From the NCBI GenBank assembly GCA_964036045.1, contig OZ038378.1:146010001-146074000 (forward strand): DNA of 64,000 nucleotides, written 5' to 3'. Each line of letters opens with the position of its first letter. Position 1 is the stretch's first letter. A program made the translations under genes and the position numbers. The notes below the pieces were generated by a model. That model saw only the letters and a program-made list of their open reading frames with translations. It was not told the DNA's origin and ran no database searches. This DNA comes from Eutreptiella sp. 'Long Island Sound 2002' (taxonomy: Eukaryota; Protista; Euglenida). Positions 34,772-48,018 of the stretch are shown piece by piece.

Positions 34772-36566
34772 TTGTTGAGCAACTTGCAGTGCATCTGCTG
34801 TTGTGGCCCCCCTCTTTCCACATCCACATTCCCTTGGACTGATCTGCCCGCCACAGCACGTCACTGGACACCAAACTAGTCCCCTCCGCCATGACTCTGC
34901 CACAGCCCCGTGGGGTCCCCAAGTGTGTCAGCCCCTGTGCCAGGCCATGGCTTAGCCCCCCCCCCCCCGGAAACAAAGGGTGAATGGGCCCAGCTTGGGC
35001 CACTTTCCCCGGCTGGGGGCTGGAATGGGGGCTTCCGTGGCATACTAACCGAAGAGGGTGCACGCATGTGAAAATGCATACATCTGCACAAAGACAAGTG
35101 TACGTGCAAAAAGGAAAAAGCAAAGCATCGCAATACTGTCAGAAATTCAGATGATGATCAAAGGAATAGCATCACACCATTCTGATGAGCGATGCGATAG
35201 CAAAACACAATTCTGATTGCTGCATTCTGAATTCTGAATTCGGACGCGCAAAAGCAATGCACGAGCATGCGCACCGATACGCGACAACATAATGTGATGT
35301 CTTACCGCCAAATGCGCTGGCGACATCCAATATTCATGGAGCTTGTGAGCCCCCCCCACTTTAATGCGGAACGGGGGATGTAGCCGTTGCAGTCCCCCCT
35401 GCCACGCATCAGAGAGGACACGGCCCCATGGACCACATAAGGGACCACCGGACCTGCCTCCCACTGCAACGGTACGCACAGTGCGATATGATGTGCACTG
35501 ACAAGGGCCGCGTTTCGGGGGGACGCCGCTGCCTGCCCAGCCCCACTCCACCCCCTCCTTCACGGGGCTTCGCGGGGGCACCAGTGTTCAGCGGAGGCGC
35601 GTAGACAAGGCCCGTGTCGGCGGGGGCGGCCCTGGGGAATGCGACTCTTCGTTTGTTGGTTTGTTTTGTTTTGTTCTTCCGCTCAGGACGGCCCTTGAGT
35701 ATTGGTGGCGGGATTTGGCCACCCAACGGCAGTGGACACACAACCGACGGCGGTTGGGGTTTAACCGACGGCGGTTGATGGCCAACCGACAGCAGTTACT
35801 CGCCGTCTGGCACTCCACGGAGCTCCAAGCGTATCCACCCCCCCCCCCCCTTTCTGGCCTTAACGACAGCCGGTACGGGTCCCGGTACGGGCGGGATTTG
35901 GTCCACCGATGGGACTCACGCACAGCGGCGCGCCGGATGGGGGCCTCCGAGTGACTCCACGGCCCTTGCGATATCGAGGCCCCCGCACCCCTGCGGCTGC
36001 CCTGCAAGATGCCCCGTGGGGCCGAGGCCGAAGCGCGTGCCTTGTGCCGGCAGCACGCACCCCCCGACGCATTGTGTGCGGACCGGGGGCGTGTGCTGTT
36101 GAATGGACACCACGTTTGGTGTGCAGGGGGGGTGGGGCCCGGGGGCTGGGGGCCTGGGGGCACGGTGTTGCCCACGACTGCAACGAGTCCGCGTGCAGAC
36201 CTGCACTGAATTCCGCATGGCAGAAGCACTTCGAAGTCCGTGTTCGGGCGTGGGGGTGCCCCTTCTTGTAGGGGGTCGAGGGGACGCCGCTGGAACATTT
36301 CCATCGCCCCTGTCCCCCCCCCCCCCTTGTCAATTGCTTCGTGGAAAATGGTTTTAAAAGGTAGAGTAGCAAAAGTAGCAAAAGTTCCGGACTCGGCAGA
36401 GCAAATGTACCCCATTATAAACCAACCCACAAGTCCTGTACCAGGCAGCAGAACACAGCTCCACGGCATTCTTATACAACTGTAAGTGTCACAACTGTAT
36501 GTCCAGGGCTGTTCAAGAAGATTAGAGGGTTCGAGGATTGGAGGATCAGAGGGTTTGAGGATCAGA

Positions 36567-36650
36567 GATTAGGGGAGTAGGGGATTAGGGGATTAGGGGA
36601 TTAGGGGATTGGAGGGTTAGACGGTTAGACGGTTAGAGGGTTGGAGGGGT
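36567..36650 (+). repeat. Short degenerate telomere-like tract (TTAGGGGA)n grading into GGTTAGA units
   Basis: GATTAGGGGAGTAGGGATTAGGGGATTAGGGGATTAGGGGATTGG read directly. Confidence 0.6.
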
Positions 36651-39600
36651 ACAGGTTTTGTGTACATAGAGGCCCTTAAGCCTGTCCCAGTTGCCCTGGG
36701 CCCCGCAACCACCTGCCCTGGCCGGTGCCTCTTGACCCGACGTGCCCGTTGTCCTCCATCTCCCGAGGATCCTCTTGGCTGTTTCCCTCTGGTGCTGGTG
36801 CTGATGCTGCTGCTGGCGATGGTGGAGGTGCTGCCGCATCCCCATCCCCATCCCCCTCTGCCTCCCCCTCGAGCCTCTTCACACATTGCTGCGCAGCGGC
36901 CTTCGTTGAAGATGGGCGAACGGTCCACCTCCCGAATCTGCCCATCCCGAAACTGAATCCCCAAAATGGTAGGGGTCAGGCCTCTCCTGCAGCACCACCT
37001 CCTTCCCTGCTGCAAGGGATGGCCGGCCTGCCTCCTCCCGGAGGACTGTAACCACACTGACCCCTCATTGTTAGGGTTAGGCGTATTGTGACCCAAATGA
37101 TCGTGACGTATCGTATCGTGTTGTGTCGTATCGTGTCGTGACCAAAAACGTCCACCATCTCATTGCGTTGGTCCCACAACCCATAGGCCATAGTCTCCAA
37201 CGGTGCCTTGTGGTCTCTCCAGAGGCCCAGGTGGTTCATGGTTGGGCGTCCACAGAGCAAACATAATTTGCCCTACGGATGGAGCCTCTTGTCATACAGG
37301 GTCCAGCCAATCTAACTGCCTCAATGGCCTGTCACTGACGTCAGCTTCGGTGCAGATATGGCGATGATCCCATGGACCATTGCTCCTTAAAATGAACCCC
37401 CCCCCCTCCAATGGCGCCTTCTGGTATGCTCTTTGATGTGCACCCCTTTGGGGTGTGCGCATGCGACCCTCTTGGGAGCCTCCGTCCCCCCATGCCCCTC
37501 CCCCCCCGTGTCCACCCCCCCCCCCTCTCTGCCGGGCCAGAGTGATGCCGGAGGGTGCCGGCCCCTGTCGATGCATGGCCCCCCTCGCCCCGACCAAAAC
37601 ACGTTCGGACCGCCAGAGGGTCAGGCTGTGCCAGGGCGAGAGGCCAGTGGGCGCCGCCAGAGGCAAACAAACTAACGCCATGGCCTCGGCCCAAAGCCCC
37701 CGGGGGCCCCGGCCGGGGCTCACGCGACAGCACCGCCTCCGTCCCGCGCGGGGCCTGTGCCGCCCCCTCGCGTCGCTCCGGTCGTGTCCCTCGGGACCGG
37801 GTCTGTGAGACGCGGTTCTCGGGGCCGACGCGCACCCCCTCGTCCCTTGACCCACGGCCCCCCTCAGACCTCTGACCACGTGCCCTCCGAAGGCGATGGG
37901 GGGTGCGCCGTGTCCGTTTCTGCGAAGGGGCCGGGGCCGTGGCGGTGGTCCTGCCCCCCCCCCCCCCCCAATGGCCCACAGCACAGCCCCCCCTCTTGTC
38001 CCGCTGACCTGCGGCATGAGCGCCCCCCCCTCACGCAGGACTGCGGGTGTGCCCCCGCCCGCACCACCGCCTCGTCTAAGGGACCCGCTGCCACCGGCCC
38101 ATCCCCCTCCCCCCCTCCCCCCTGTTCCACGGTCCCCTGCACCCTCGAAGGAGCAGGGCAACTAACCACCACGACACTGCGATCCCCTCCTCTTCCCCCA
38201 CAGCGGCGCTGTGTAATGTGTGCCGTGCTGCCCTGCCTCTGTGTAGAGGCACGGGTGTGTGCCTGAGTCCCCGGGGCACGCGGGACGGGGGCGTCAATTG
38301 TCGGAACCCCCCCCCCCCCCCTCCGAGTGGCGCTGTACCTGAAGTGTGTGTGTGTGTGTGTCGCCGAGGTCCTGAGGTCGCCGAGGTCCTGCGTGTGGTT
38401 GGGTGGTGCATCCAACAATGAAGTTCATAGCAGATCATCGGGGGCTGCGAGCTCGGGCTCCTCCAAGAACTATTGGGGTCTGGGGAGGGCACGAGGGTGT
38501 GGAACTGCACTTCTGCACGCCAGCGCTCGGGTGCACTCCGCCCCGCCTCAACAGACCCAAAGACGTCTTGGGGCTGCTCTGCAGCTCCTGAGGGGTTTGC
38601 TCCGACCGCTTTTCCTGTGCCTCCGCTCTTGTTCTTCCAGGTCCCATCGGGTGTGTGTGTGTGTGTTTGTGTGTGTGTGTCTAACCCTTCTGGTCTGGCG
38701 GGCAGGGCTGGTGAACACTGTGCGTTTGTTTTGCTGCAGGCCTCTGGCTGCACGGCGACGCCACAGGCTGCACCCGTCTTCTGGAGGGGTGCCTGGGGTC
38801 ATGTCTCCTGTCTTTGCGTTGCAGAAAGGCGCCTGATGCGGGCGGGACATGCTGCTTTTGTTCTGCTTTGCATCCGACGAGATCTAGTACACTCAGGCCG
38901 CCTTTTGCTGTGCCCTGTTTGTCGCGTCGACTGTGTGGGTGTGGGTGTGTATATGTGTGTGTGTGGGGGGGGGGTCGGGGGCACCATGGGCCAAGGGTAT
39001 CACGGAAGCACGGCTCCGTCAAGCCCAGCCGGGGCACAATCATGGTCGGTAACAGACACCAAAATGCCCCCGCCCAGGCCATTCCAGCCAATGTTTCAAG
39101 CGTTCAGCTTCATGTACAAGCCCCACTGCAGACGTATGCCGCACAATGACGGCGTTGGGACTCTATAAACCTGACACAACCGTTCGTTCTCTGTGTGGCA
39201 CCTGAAAAACCGCGAAGACATACACTATCCCGCTAGCCCCAACTGCTCTCCACAAACCCAGGCTGTCGTGCACCGGCTGCCAAGAAAAGAGGAAACCACC
39301 GCCAGACGGAAACAAAGCTGTGCCCCCCCCTCCCGCCCTTATCCAAGCAACGCTTATTCAGGTTCACGAGTGACAGTTCAGCACAGATGTCAGTGATACC
39401 AGGAGTGAAGGGCGCCTCGACCTGACCCATGACCTGGACCATCCGTGAAGCAAACGTAACTGTTGTTGCGGGGGGGAGCCTCTTGTCATACAGGATAGGT
39501 ACCCTTCTCACCTCACAGGGGCTGGCCGCATGTGGTCGGCCCGCGGTGGGAGCCATGCGCTCCTCAAAATGAACTCCTCCCTTCCCGGGCTATCCGTGAA

Positions 39601-41959
39601 GGCGCGTCACGGCGCCCTGCTGGACACATGAAACAATTGGTGCTGCAGCGGATTGATACATGTTGAATGTGCAGGCGTAGGTCTGTCGGTGGGGACCTAT
39701 CGCGGAACTTTCCACTGTTCTACGGCCAAGCAACGCCTATCTGAGATACTGTTGAGCATGCCAGAGTGATGCTGGAGGCTGAGGGCCATCGTCGAATCAC
39801 GGCCCAGCAGCGCCTGTCCGAAGCCCTCTGGACATCTCGCACACTGTGTCTCGCCGTGTTGCTGGATGGTTTGAACGATTCCTGTCGCGGCTCTGCCGCA
39901 TGAGACCTGCCGTACTGTTGGGGATGCCGGAGTGAATCTGGATGGTCACGACTGTCGTCGCGTTATGGCCAAGCAACACCCATGTCCCAGCATCGCGAGG
40001 CGTTGGTGACGTCAATTTTCGCACCGTGAGTTTTGGCGGTGCATTTTTCAATCGGTCCTGCTGTGAGGGGTGCTGTCTGATGCCTGGGCTTTGAGATGCA
40101 TGATGGTCATGTTTTGTGTCAAGCAAGCTGATTGGGGCATGATGGCCTTGGGGATGGGGCATGATGGCTCTGGTGGCATATTTTGCCCCTTGGCTTTCAG
40201 AATAGTCCCCCATGTCTTTCCTCATGTACCGTGCACAGTGTAACGCGTAAGCAACACCCTTGTCCAAGCAACACTCGGTCCCAATCTGCTCTGTGAACAT
40301 GCTTCTTTGCGGATGAGAGGGGGTTGTGTGGCAGAGCAACGCCGTAGATGGCCATCGCTGGAGCCCGTCCATGTCACGAGCAGTAGGCATGCCTCCGGCA
40401 CAGAAGGGGAAACCGCATGCTACCTATTTCCATGTGGCCCCTTGTGCGTGCACTGGGCAGCGCCCAGCACCTTTGGCAGATGTGCCCTTGTGCATTCTGG
40501 CATTTGGTGCTCTGTGAGTTCGAGGCTGTTCCCGTTAGAGCCCCCCCCCCCCGATGACTGGCAGTTCTGCCTGCTGTACACCAACGCACCCATCCAAGAC
40601 ATAGGCTCCCATCATCATTTGCCTCATCACTCGCACCCTAGCTACCTTTTGGTGGTAAAACATTGATCCTGTGCCCTTGGTTTCCTGTAAAGGAAAAGTG
40701 CTTCCATAAATAATCAAATATGTTTGGATTGTTCATTTTTCTGAAATGGATTCCGAGGAAATAATACGGTCACCACCAACCGTGTTACTTGGGTGAGTAT
40801 CCCAGCCTCTGCGTGCGCAGTATGCACGCAGTGCCCACGCAGTGCCCACACAGTGCCCAGGCAGTGCAAGAACTTGGCCCATGACCAATGCACCCGCACG
40901 CGCACTAGTGCACGGGTGCAGTGGGAAGGTCAGTAGTCAACAACTCCATGACCCCCCAGCGATTCAAAATTGTCTCCGAGTTCCAAGTGCCCCCCCCTCC
41001 CCCCCGCCCCTTGTCCAGCCTCTCACTTGCGAGTCCCCAAAGGAACTGCATCAGTTCCAAGTGGCGGTTTCAATGACCGCCGAGGCAGCGAACTCAAGGC
41101 AACATTCGGCACTGCTCTGAAGAGCAATGCTCGTATCCCTGTGTCCCGGGGGCACCCGGAAGCCAAGTCTCCGGCGCTTCAGTCCCCCTTGTCCAGCCCC
41201 TCACTTCCCCAAAGAGAGTGCCTCAGGTCCGCGCGGCGCCTGTTCTGCGCCGTCCTGTGCTCTGTTGCCATGTCCATATCCCTCAGGACCGGATTTGTTA
41301 GGCGCGGTCCTCACAGCCCATGCCCGCCTCCTTTGTTCCCTGACCCATTCCCCTCCTCGTGCCTCCGGAGATGTTCCCTCAAGGCACTGCTGTGCCCCAT
41401 GTCCGGCTGTGCCCAGACCTGCCCCCCAAACGTGCAGAGCACAGACCTGCCCCCCAAACGTGCAGAGCACAGACCTACCCCCAACGCGACGCCTTCCGCA
41501 GCCGACCCGTCCAGCTTCGTCGCTGATGGGGAGCATGTGCAGCGGTTCCAGACTCGGGGGGGCCGAAGGAGGAAGTTGCACGCTGCCCCTGTTCAGAGGT
41601 TGGGGCGGCCAAGAAGTCGATGGATGACTGCGGTGGCCCTGGAGTTCTGCTTGTTCGTGCCCTGTGCCTCACATTGCGAGCCTCCGTGCGTGTCAGCGCA
41701 GATCCTGAAGCCTTTGGCAAACAACAGCAAGCACCTTACGGGCCGTGTCAGTTGGCGACAGCCCCTCCCCCCCACCCAAACCCGGGGGGGGGGGGGGGGG
41801 GGCTACCATCGTCCCTGGGGGGAGGGGGAGGGAGGGTACAAAATTTCATTGTTTGCTCTCCAGAATTTTTCTGGTGAACCCCAAGCCATTCAATAAAGAA
41901 GTGGACGCGGCTGCCCTTTTCTTTTTTGGGGGAGGGTTACTTCATCGTGCGTTCTCATA

Positions 41960-42357
41960 CCCCCCCCCCCCCTTGTATAAGCTACGCCCTTGTCCAAGCT
42001 ACAGTAGGCGTAGGGACCGTATTAATTTGGGACCTAATTTTAATTCGGTACGAAACATAGCGCAGCCACATAAGACATGGGTTTCGTGACGAATTGGCGA
42101 GTCACATAGAGTCATGGACACATTTGTTGTGAGTGTTTGCCCACTTAAACCCACATAGCTCTGATTTTTGGTATCCTTGTGCATTATATTCCCCTTGCTT
42201 GCACCAGCTCACCATGCAATCCTCTCTTTTTGAACCTGGGCGCCCGGTGTCGGTAGTTGTATGTGTTGCGCGCAAGCTACGCCCATGTCCAAGCTACAGT
42301 AGGCGTAGGGACCGTATTAATTTGGGACTTTGGCGTAGCTTATACAAAGGGGGGGGG
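41960..42357. mobile_element. MITE with TA flanks, copy 2, inverted relative to the 10.4-kb copy
   Basis: TA at 41958-59 and 42358-59; ends poly-C-TTGTATAAGCTACGCC and GGCGTAGCTTATACAAA-poly-G; interior is the reverse complement of 10360-10764. Confidence 0.85.
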
Positions 42358-44205
42358 TAGGTGAACAACGTACAAAGCCTCATTTGAAACTCCATTCGAT
42401 CGAGGAGTTTCAAATTGTGTGGAAAAGACCACGAAAAAGGGTGCTTACGGTCTGAACCCCCCCCTCTTTGCACAAGCGCGGGCTCGTCCAAGCGCGGCAA
42501 CCACGTCTGACCGTCTTTTTCCTGTTTTTTTCGGACTGCGGTTTTTGTGGTCAGAAATGTAACGTGACGTGGTTGTGCTCTGATTGTCCCGGGAAGTTGG
42601 CGCTAGATCATCCTTGTGGTAGTTCCTCCTGCTCATACCATCTTTCTGCCTGCAACTGCAACCCGGTCAGCGGGCTTGCGCAAAGGTGAGGGATGTTCTG
42701 CACCAAGCGCCGTGCTCCCCAACAACATCATCGTATCGTGCATCCCTAATTCGTATAGCCATCACCCTGGTTAGTTTGTTCAAACACTACAACACTAGCT
42801 GTTGGACAAACATGGCCACGGCCAGACGTGGGCCGTGGGGGAGTATTAGTGCGCCGGACAACTATTCCCCCCGTGGGCTACCCTCCTGTGCTAACATGGG
42901 CCCGGCGCACCCAAAATGCAGAAACACAGGCTCGTGGTGTTTGGACAAGGGCATGTTTGTGCGCAACACATTCCACGGAGCACGCGTATCATTGAAACCT
43001 ACCCCTTAGAGAGTACGTTAGCGCGCCGGAACAATCATTTGGATGCCGGGCGTGCCGGGCAAACATACCCTCTTAGTACACAGAACAGTGCTCAACAGCC
43101 CAGCATTCGCACCGCACAAGAGAACATGGGTCTGCAGCTACACCCACACCGTTACACCCAAGTGTCCAACTCCTGGAGCCTGCACAAAGGTACAAACCAT
43201 ATTTCCCTTTTACTGGAACCGCGAAAACCACCAAAAAGTGCGGGAATATGGGGGCAAAGTATTAGGACAAGGGCGTGGTGGCACGGGGGGTACAATGCCA
43301 CTTCCTCCCCATTCACAAATGGCAATGGCGGTCGTTCAAAGGCCACGTTCGATTGCACGTTCTTGAGAGTTTGCCTTGCTGTATGCTTCACTTGCAGCGA
43401 TGAGGATGGGTGGGGGCACAAGGGTGTGCGTAGGTATGCGCGCGCAGTGCGGGCACTCTTTGAATCTAAGTTGTATGTGTTGCTTTGGGCTACCCCACAC
43501 TGGCCACCCTTTGTCAATACCCTGGATGTCTATCATGTATGTGTGTGTATGGCATCCACTTCAGTTGTTTCCATGGCCACAGGTGTGAACTGAACGGGGC
43601 TGGAGGTTTTGGGGGGTTCTATGGCTTCTGATAGGAAGCAGACTGGGGGAGACTGTGGGTGAGTCCATAGTTTAGGAGGCAGCAAGTGTGCTGTGTCAGC
43701 AGGTTGGTGGACACTGAGATGAAGAGAAGAGGGGCACACGTGGCAGTGCAAATGTTCCCTGTGTTGGCGCCAAGTTGAGTGGCGCCGTCAAATTGACTGT
43801 CATTTTGTAATACATATTGCACAATTGCATAATATGAGCTCCATTGGGAGGTGCAAGTCATCGCAGGGCGCTGGGACGTGGTGGATGCAAAATCCATCAC
43901 ACTTGTGTTGAGAATCACGGAGGCATTAAAGCTCTGCCACACCCAAGGGGGGGGCACACCGTGCGCTTGTGCGCGCGCTGTGCGAAAAGCCGGCTGTCTT
44001 CCACCACCGGTAGCCACGGATCCCAGGGTCCTGAATTCTGCACCCTGCAGCCCCTGCTGGTACACCAGGGAATTTTTTTGTGGTCTGATGCTTGCCACGG
44101 GTTTCAGGATCCTGAATTCTGCACCGCATGCTGTTTTGAATGGATCATGCATGCTTCCGTACATGTGGTGGAGAAACATGAGGGCAGAGATAGAGAGCCC
44201 CACTA

Positions 44206-44810
44206 GGCGCTCTTTGTGCACCCTCTATGCGCCCTCCATGCGCCCTCTATACGCCCACTATGCCCCCATGATGCGCCCTCTATGCGCCCTCGATGCGCCC
44301 TCTATGTACCCACTAGGTGCCCTTTGTGCGCCCACTATGCGCCCACTATGCGCCGTCTATGCGGCCACTATGTGCCCACTATGCGCCCTCTATGCGCCCA
44401 CTATGTGCCCTCTCTGCGCCCACGATGTGCCCTGAAGTGGCTTCTATGCGCGAACTATGCTTTGTCTATGCTTTCTACACGCGCCCACTATGTGGCCACT
44501 ATGTGGCCACTATGCGCTGGCTATGCGCTCACTTTGCCCTGCTATGCGCCCACTATACGCCCTCTGTGCGCTCACTAGGCCGCCGCTATGCACCCCCTAT
44601 GCGCCCTCTATGCGCTCACTATACGTCCTCTATGCGCCCTCTATGGGCCCTCGAAGCACCCTCTATGCGCCCCACGCGCGTCCTCCAGGCGCCTTCTGGG
44701 TGCCCACTATGCCCCCATTATGCGGCCGCTATGCGCCCCCTATGCGGCCTCCATCCACCCTCCATGCACCCACTAGGGGCCCTCCGTGAGCCCTCTATGC
44801 GCCCTCTAGG
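44206..44810. repeat. Degenerate ~11-12-bp tandem repeat (TATGCGCCCAC/TATGCGCCCTC)
   Basis: Read directly; source of several low-complexity ORFs. Confidence 0.9.
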
Positions 44811-45655
44811 GCAGGGGGGGGGGATGCTGGAAATGAGGCGCGAACCAGCTTTGGTGCTGCAGTGCGAGTGCTGCCTTAGGGAGGGGGGGGGGTTGACGGG
44901 GCGCGGGCAGGGACACAGTGGAAAGCAGTGTGAGCAGCGGCAGCAGCAGCAGCGCCACTGAGTCGGGTGCAGCCCGAGGGGGGGGGGGGCGGGGTTTGGC
45001 GGGGCCAGGGGGAGATGGGCCGGCTGAAGGTATGGTTGGCTTCATCTGAGTGGGCTCTGGTTCGCGCCGGTGTTGCGTGGGAGGGGCTGGCGGCGCAGCA
45101 TGCGCAGGAGTTGATGTCGGCCCTCCTCTCAGCACACGAGGGGAAGGGCAAGCAGGGGCAGGGGCAGGGGCAGGGGCAGGGGCAGGGGCAGGGGCAGGGG
45201 CAGGGGCAGGGCGCAAGCAGGAAATGGGAGGAGGTGGAACGGTTCTTGTCGGCGTCACCCCCTTGCCCTCCCACAGGCGTTGCAGGGATGCATGATGTTG
45301 GCGGCCAGGGGGCGGGGTGGGGGGACCGGGAGGTCGTTCGTCTGGCTTGGTCTTGGGTGGGGATGCTGGGGGCAATTGGGAGGCGGCGCTGGTGCGGATG
45401 CACGTCTCCAGTTCCTCCTCCAGAATCCTCAAGCACACTTGCCACAGGTCCACCCACGCACCAGCCAAATTTCCACATGTTGGCTTGGAGGGGTGGGTTG
45501 GAGTGAATACACGTAAAATAAATAAATGGATGAATAAAATAAAACAAAAACAATTAAATAAATATAGAAAAGGAAAGCGCGTACCATCCTGACGAACGTT
45601 CCAATGTTCTCAACAGAAACTCCTGCAAGAGTCTGTCCACGTGCAATTCCTTCTG

Positions 45656-46747
45656 ATGGCGGTGGCGGCTGAGCCAGCTGCCGTCCAGTGGGAGCCGCCC
45701 ACCTTCAAGAAGCCTGTCTCAGCCAAGGTTCCGCTCACGGCGTACGAACCGGCCTACGTGGCGCGTAGGAAGCAGGTCGGGGAGAAGATCTTGAAGCTCA
45801 AGGACGGACGGCAGCTCTCCTACTTCACCGAGGGCGACCCAGCGGACCCGGCAGTGCTCTGCCTCCACAGTCTCGGCTTGTGCAAGTACCAGTGGCTCTT
45901 TCCCAAACCGGTGCCTGGGGTGTTCCTCATTGCAGTCGATCGCCAGGGGCACGGCAACTCGAGCCCCTACCCGCCAGGCCTTGTGCGGCAATTCCGTGAC
46001 GACCTGCACGAGTTCGTGGAGCTGCTTGACGCGCTCCATGTCGACAAGGTTCATGTGACTGGCTGCTCGATGGGGGGTTGCTGGGCGATCATGGTCGCCG
46101 CTGCGTTGGGCGAGCGCGTCTCTGCCTGCGCTCCCTTGTGTGCCTTGTCCGATCCGTGGAATCCCAGCGTCACGACAGCCGAGCAGCGCAAGAGCCTGTG
46201 TCCTCAAGGCGTGATGGCACTTCTCAGCTTGGGCGACTTTGGATGCAACTGCAAGGGCGGCCTGATGCGCTGGATTATGGGCATGTCGTTCAAAAGCTAC
46301 CCAGACAAGTCAAAGGACCCCGGCTTTGAGTCCATATACAACACTTACTTCAAATATGGCGATCCCAACAAGAAAGAGCTGCAACAGGACTTCGCTCAGA
46401 TGGACGCAGACCCCTATTTCGTGACCGCCATCCTCGACTGCAATCTCAACGGCCTCAACAGCAAGCACGCCGGCGTGGTCGAGCAGGTGCGCTGTTTCGG
46501 CAGGCAAGGGTGGGGCTACGATCTTCGCGACATCAAGTGCCCGACGTTTGTGTACCACGCGGAAAAGGACGCTGAGGTGCCGATCAGCTGCGCGCAGCAC
46601 AACAGCTCTGTAATCCCGGGGGCCGAGCTCGTCATCGTGCCGGAATACGGGCACTCGACCATCCTGATGTTGGGGCCGGAAATCATTCTCGCGCTCGTAC
46701 AGAAGCGCTCCTTCGCGGTAGGAGGAGGTTTATTGACAAGACTGTGA
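45656..46747 (+). CDS. Alpha/beta-fold hydrolase (Abhydrolase_1-like), intronless, 363 aa
   Basis: LKDGRQLSYFTEGDP, LIAVDRQGHGNS, nucleophile elbow GCSMGG, Asp in HAEKDAEVP, His in EYGHS; uninterrupted GC3-rich ORF. Confidence 0.92.
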   Translation: MAVAAEPAAVQWEPPTFKKPVSAKVPLTAYEPAYVARRKQVGEKILKLKDGRQLSYFTEGDPADPAVLCLHSLGLCKYQWLFPKPVPGVFLIAVDRQGHGNSSPYPPGLVRQFRDDLHEFVELLDALHVDKVHVTGCSMGGCWAIMVAAALGERVSACAPLCALSDPWNPSVTTAEQRKSLCPQGVMALLSLGDFGCNCKGGLMRWIMGMSFKSYPDKSKDPGFESIYNTYFKYGDPNKKELQQDFAQMDADPYFVTAILDCNLNGLNSKHAGVVEQVRCFGRQGWGYDLRDIKCPTFVYHAEKDAEVPISCAQHNSSVIPGAELVIVPEYGHSTILMLGPEIILALVQKRSFAVGGGLLTRL

Positions 46748-47409
46748 TGAAGAGGTAAGCTCATCTCGCTTTCGCCTGGCGCCAGTCGTAGGAGGCGGAG
46801 GAGGAGGCGGAGGAGGATCAGGAGGTGTATTTACAAGAGGTCGCCAAAGAGGTAAGATCAACTCGCTTTCGGGGGGAAGGCAGATCAGTGTGTCCAAAGC
46901 AGTGTTGATAGCACCTGAAGCGAAGGTACCACGGCAGACCTGTTTAGGGGTCGTGTCAGGCGGCCCCACTATGGACTCAAGGCTACAACGCCACCACAGA
47001 CCCCAGGTGACCCAGGTGTAGTGAAGCCCGACACACACATGTACCTGACATGTGCTCACTGACACACCCTCATGCACGTGTCGTACTCTGATGTACTGCT
47101 TGCAAGCGATCTGAGCCGCATGTCACACAGCATCTGTCGCATTCTCTGCACAGATTGCGCATTGGAAATTCCATTGCGTGGCATTATTTTTTTTCACATG
47201 CTTTAGTAAAGGTTTGCTGTACAGGATCTGAGATACATAGATAAATTCAATTAGATCTGAAATTAGTCCAGTTGACAATAAAGTTAAAGATCGATCGCGT
47301 GCTGAATAGAGATATTCTAATGTGTTCGTTAATCCGCATTACTGAGAGAGTGCGAGCAATATATAAAGTCTGAGCGACTGGAATTTCATGTTATGTATGT
47401 ATGCTACGT

Positions 47410-48018
47410 ACGGCGTACGAACCGGCCTACGTGGCGCGTAGGAAGCAGGTCGGGGAGAAGATCTTGAAGCTCAAGGACGGACGGCAGCTCTCCTACTTCA
47501 CCGAGGGCGACCCAGCGGACCCGGCAGTGCTCTGCCTCCACAGTCTCGGCTTGTGCAAGTACCAGTGGCTCTTTCCCAAACCGGTGCCTGGGGTGTTCCT
47601 CATTGCAGTCGATCGCCAGGGGCACGGCAACTCGAGCCCCTACCCGCCAGGCCTTGTGCGGCAATTCCGTGACGACCTGCACGAGTTCGTGGAGCTGCTT
47701 GACGCGCTCCATGTCGACAAGGTTCATGTGACTGGCTGCTCGATGGGGGGTTGCTGGGCGATCATGGTCGCCGCTGCGTTGGGCGAGCGCGTCTCTGCCT
47801 GCGCTCCCTTGTGTGCCTTGTCCGATCCGTGGAATCCCAGCGTCACGACAGCCGAGCAGCGCAAGAGCCTGTGTCCTCAAGGCGTGACGGCACTTCTCAG
47901 CTTGGGCGACTTTGGATGCAACTGCAAGGGCGGCCTGATGCGCTGGATTATGGGCATGTCGTTCAAAAGCTACCCAGACAAGTCAAAGGACCCCGGCTTT
48001 GAGTCCATATACAACACT
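47410..48018 (+). pseudogene. 609-bp partial duplicate of the hydrolase (= 45737-46345) between 65-bp direct repeats
   Basis: Only difference noticed is ATG>ACG (GVMALL vs GVTALL); direct repeats at 47341-47405 and 48016-48080. Confidence 0.92.

Noticed and set aside
42900-43590. Possible non-LTR retrotransposon 3' remnant (CFTCSDEDGWGH)
   Set aside because: Only one zinc-knuckle-like motif and no RT or endonuclease motifs.
44967-45500. Protein-like stretches on both strands around (GGGGCA)n
   Set aside because: No consistent splice sites or partner exons; strand cannot be decided.
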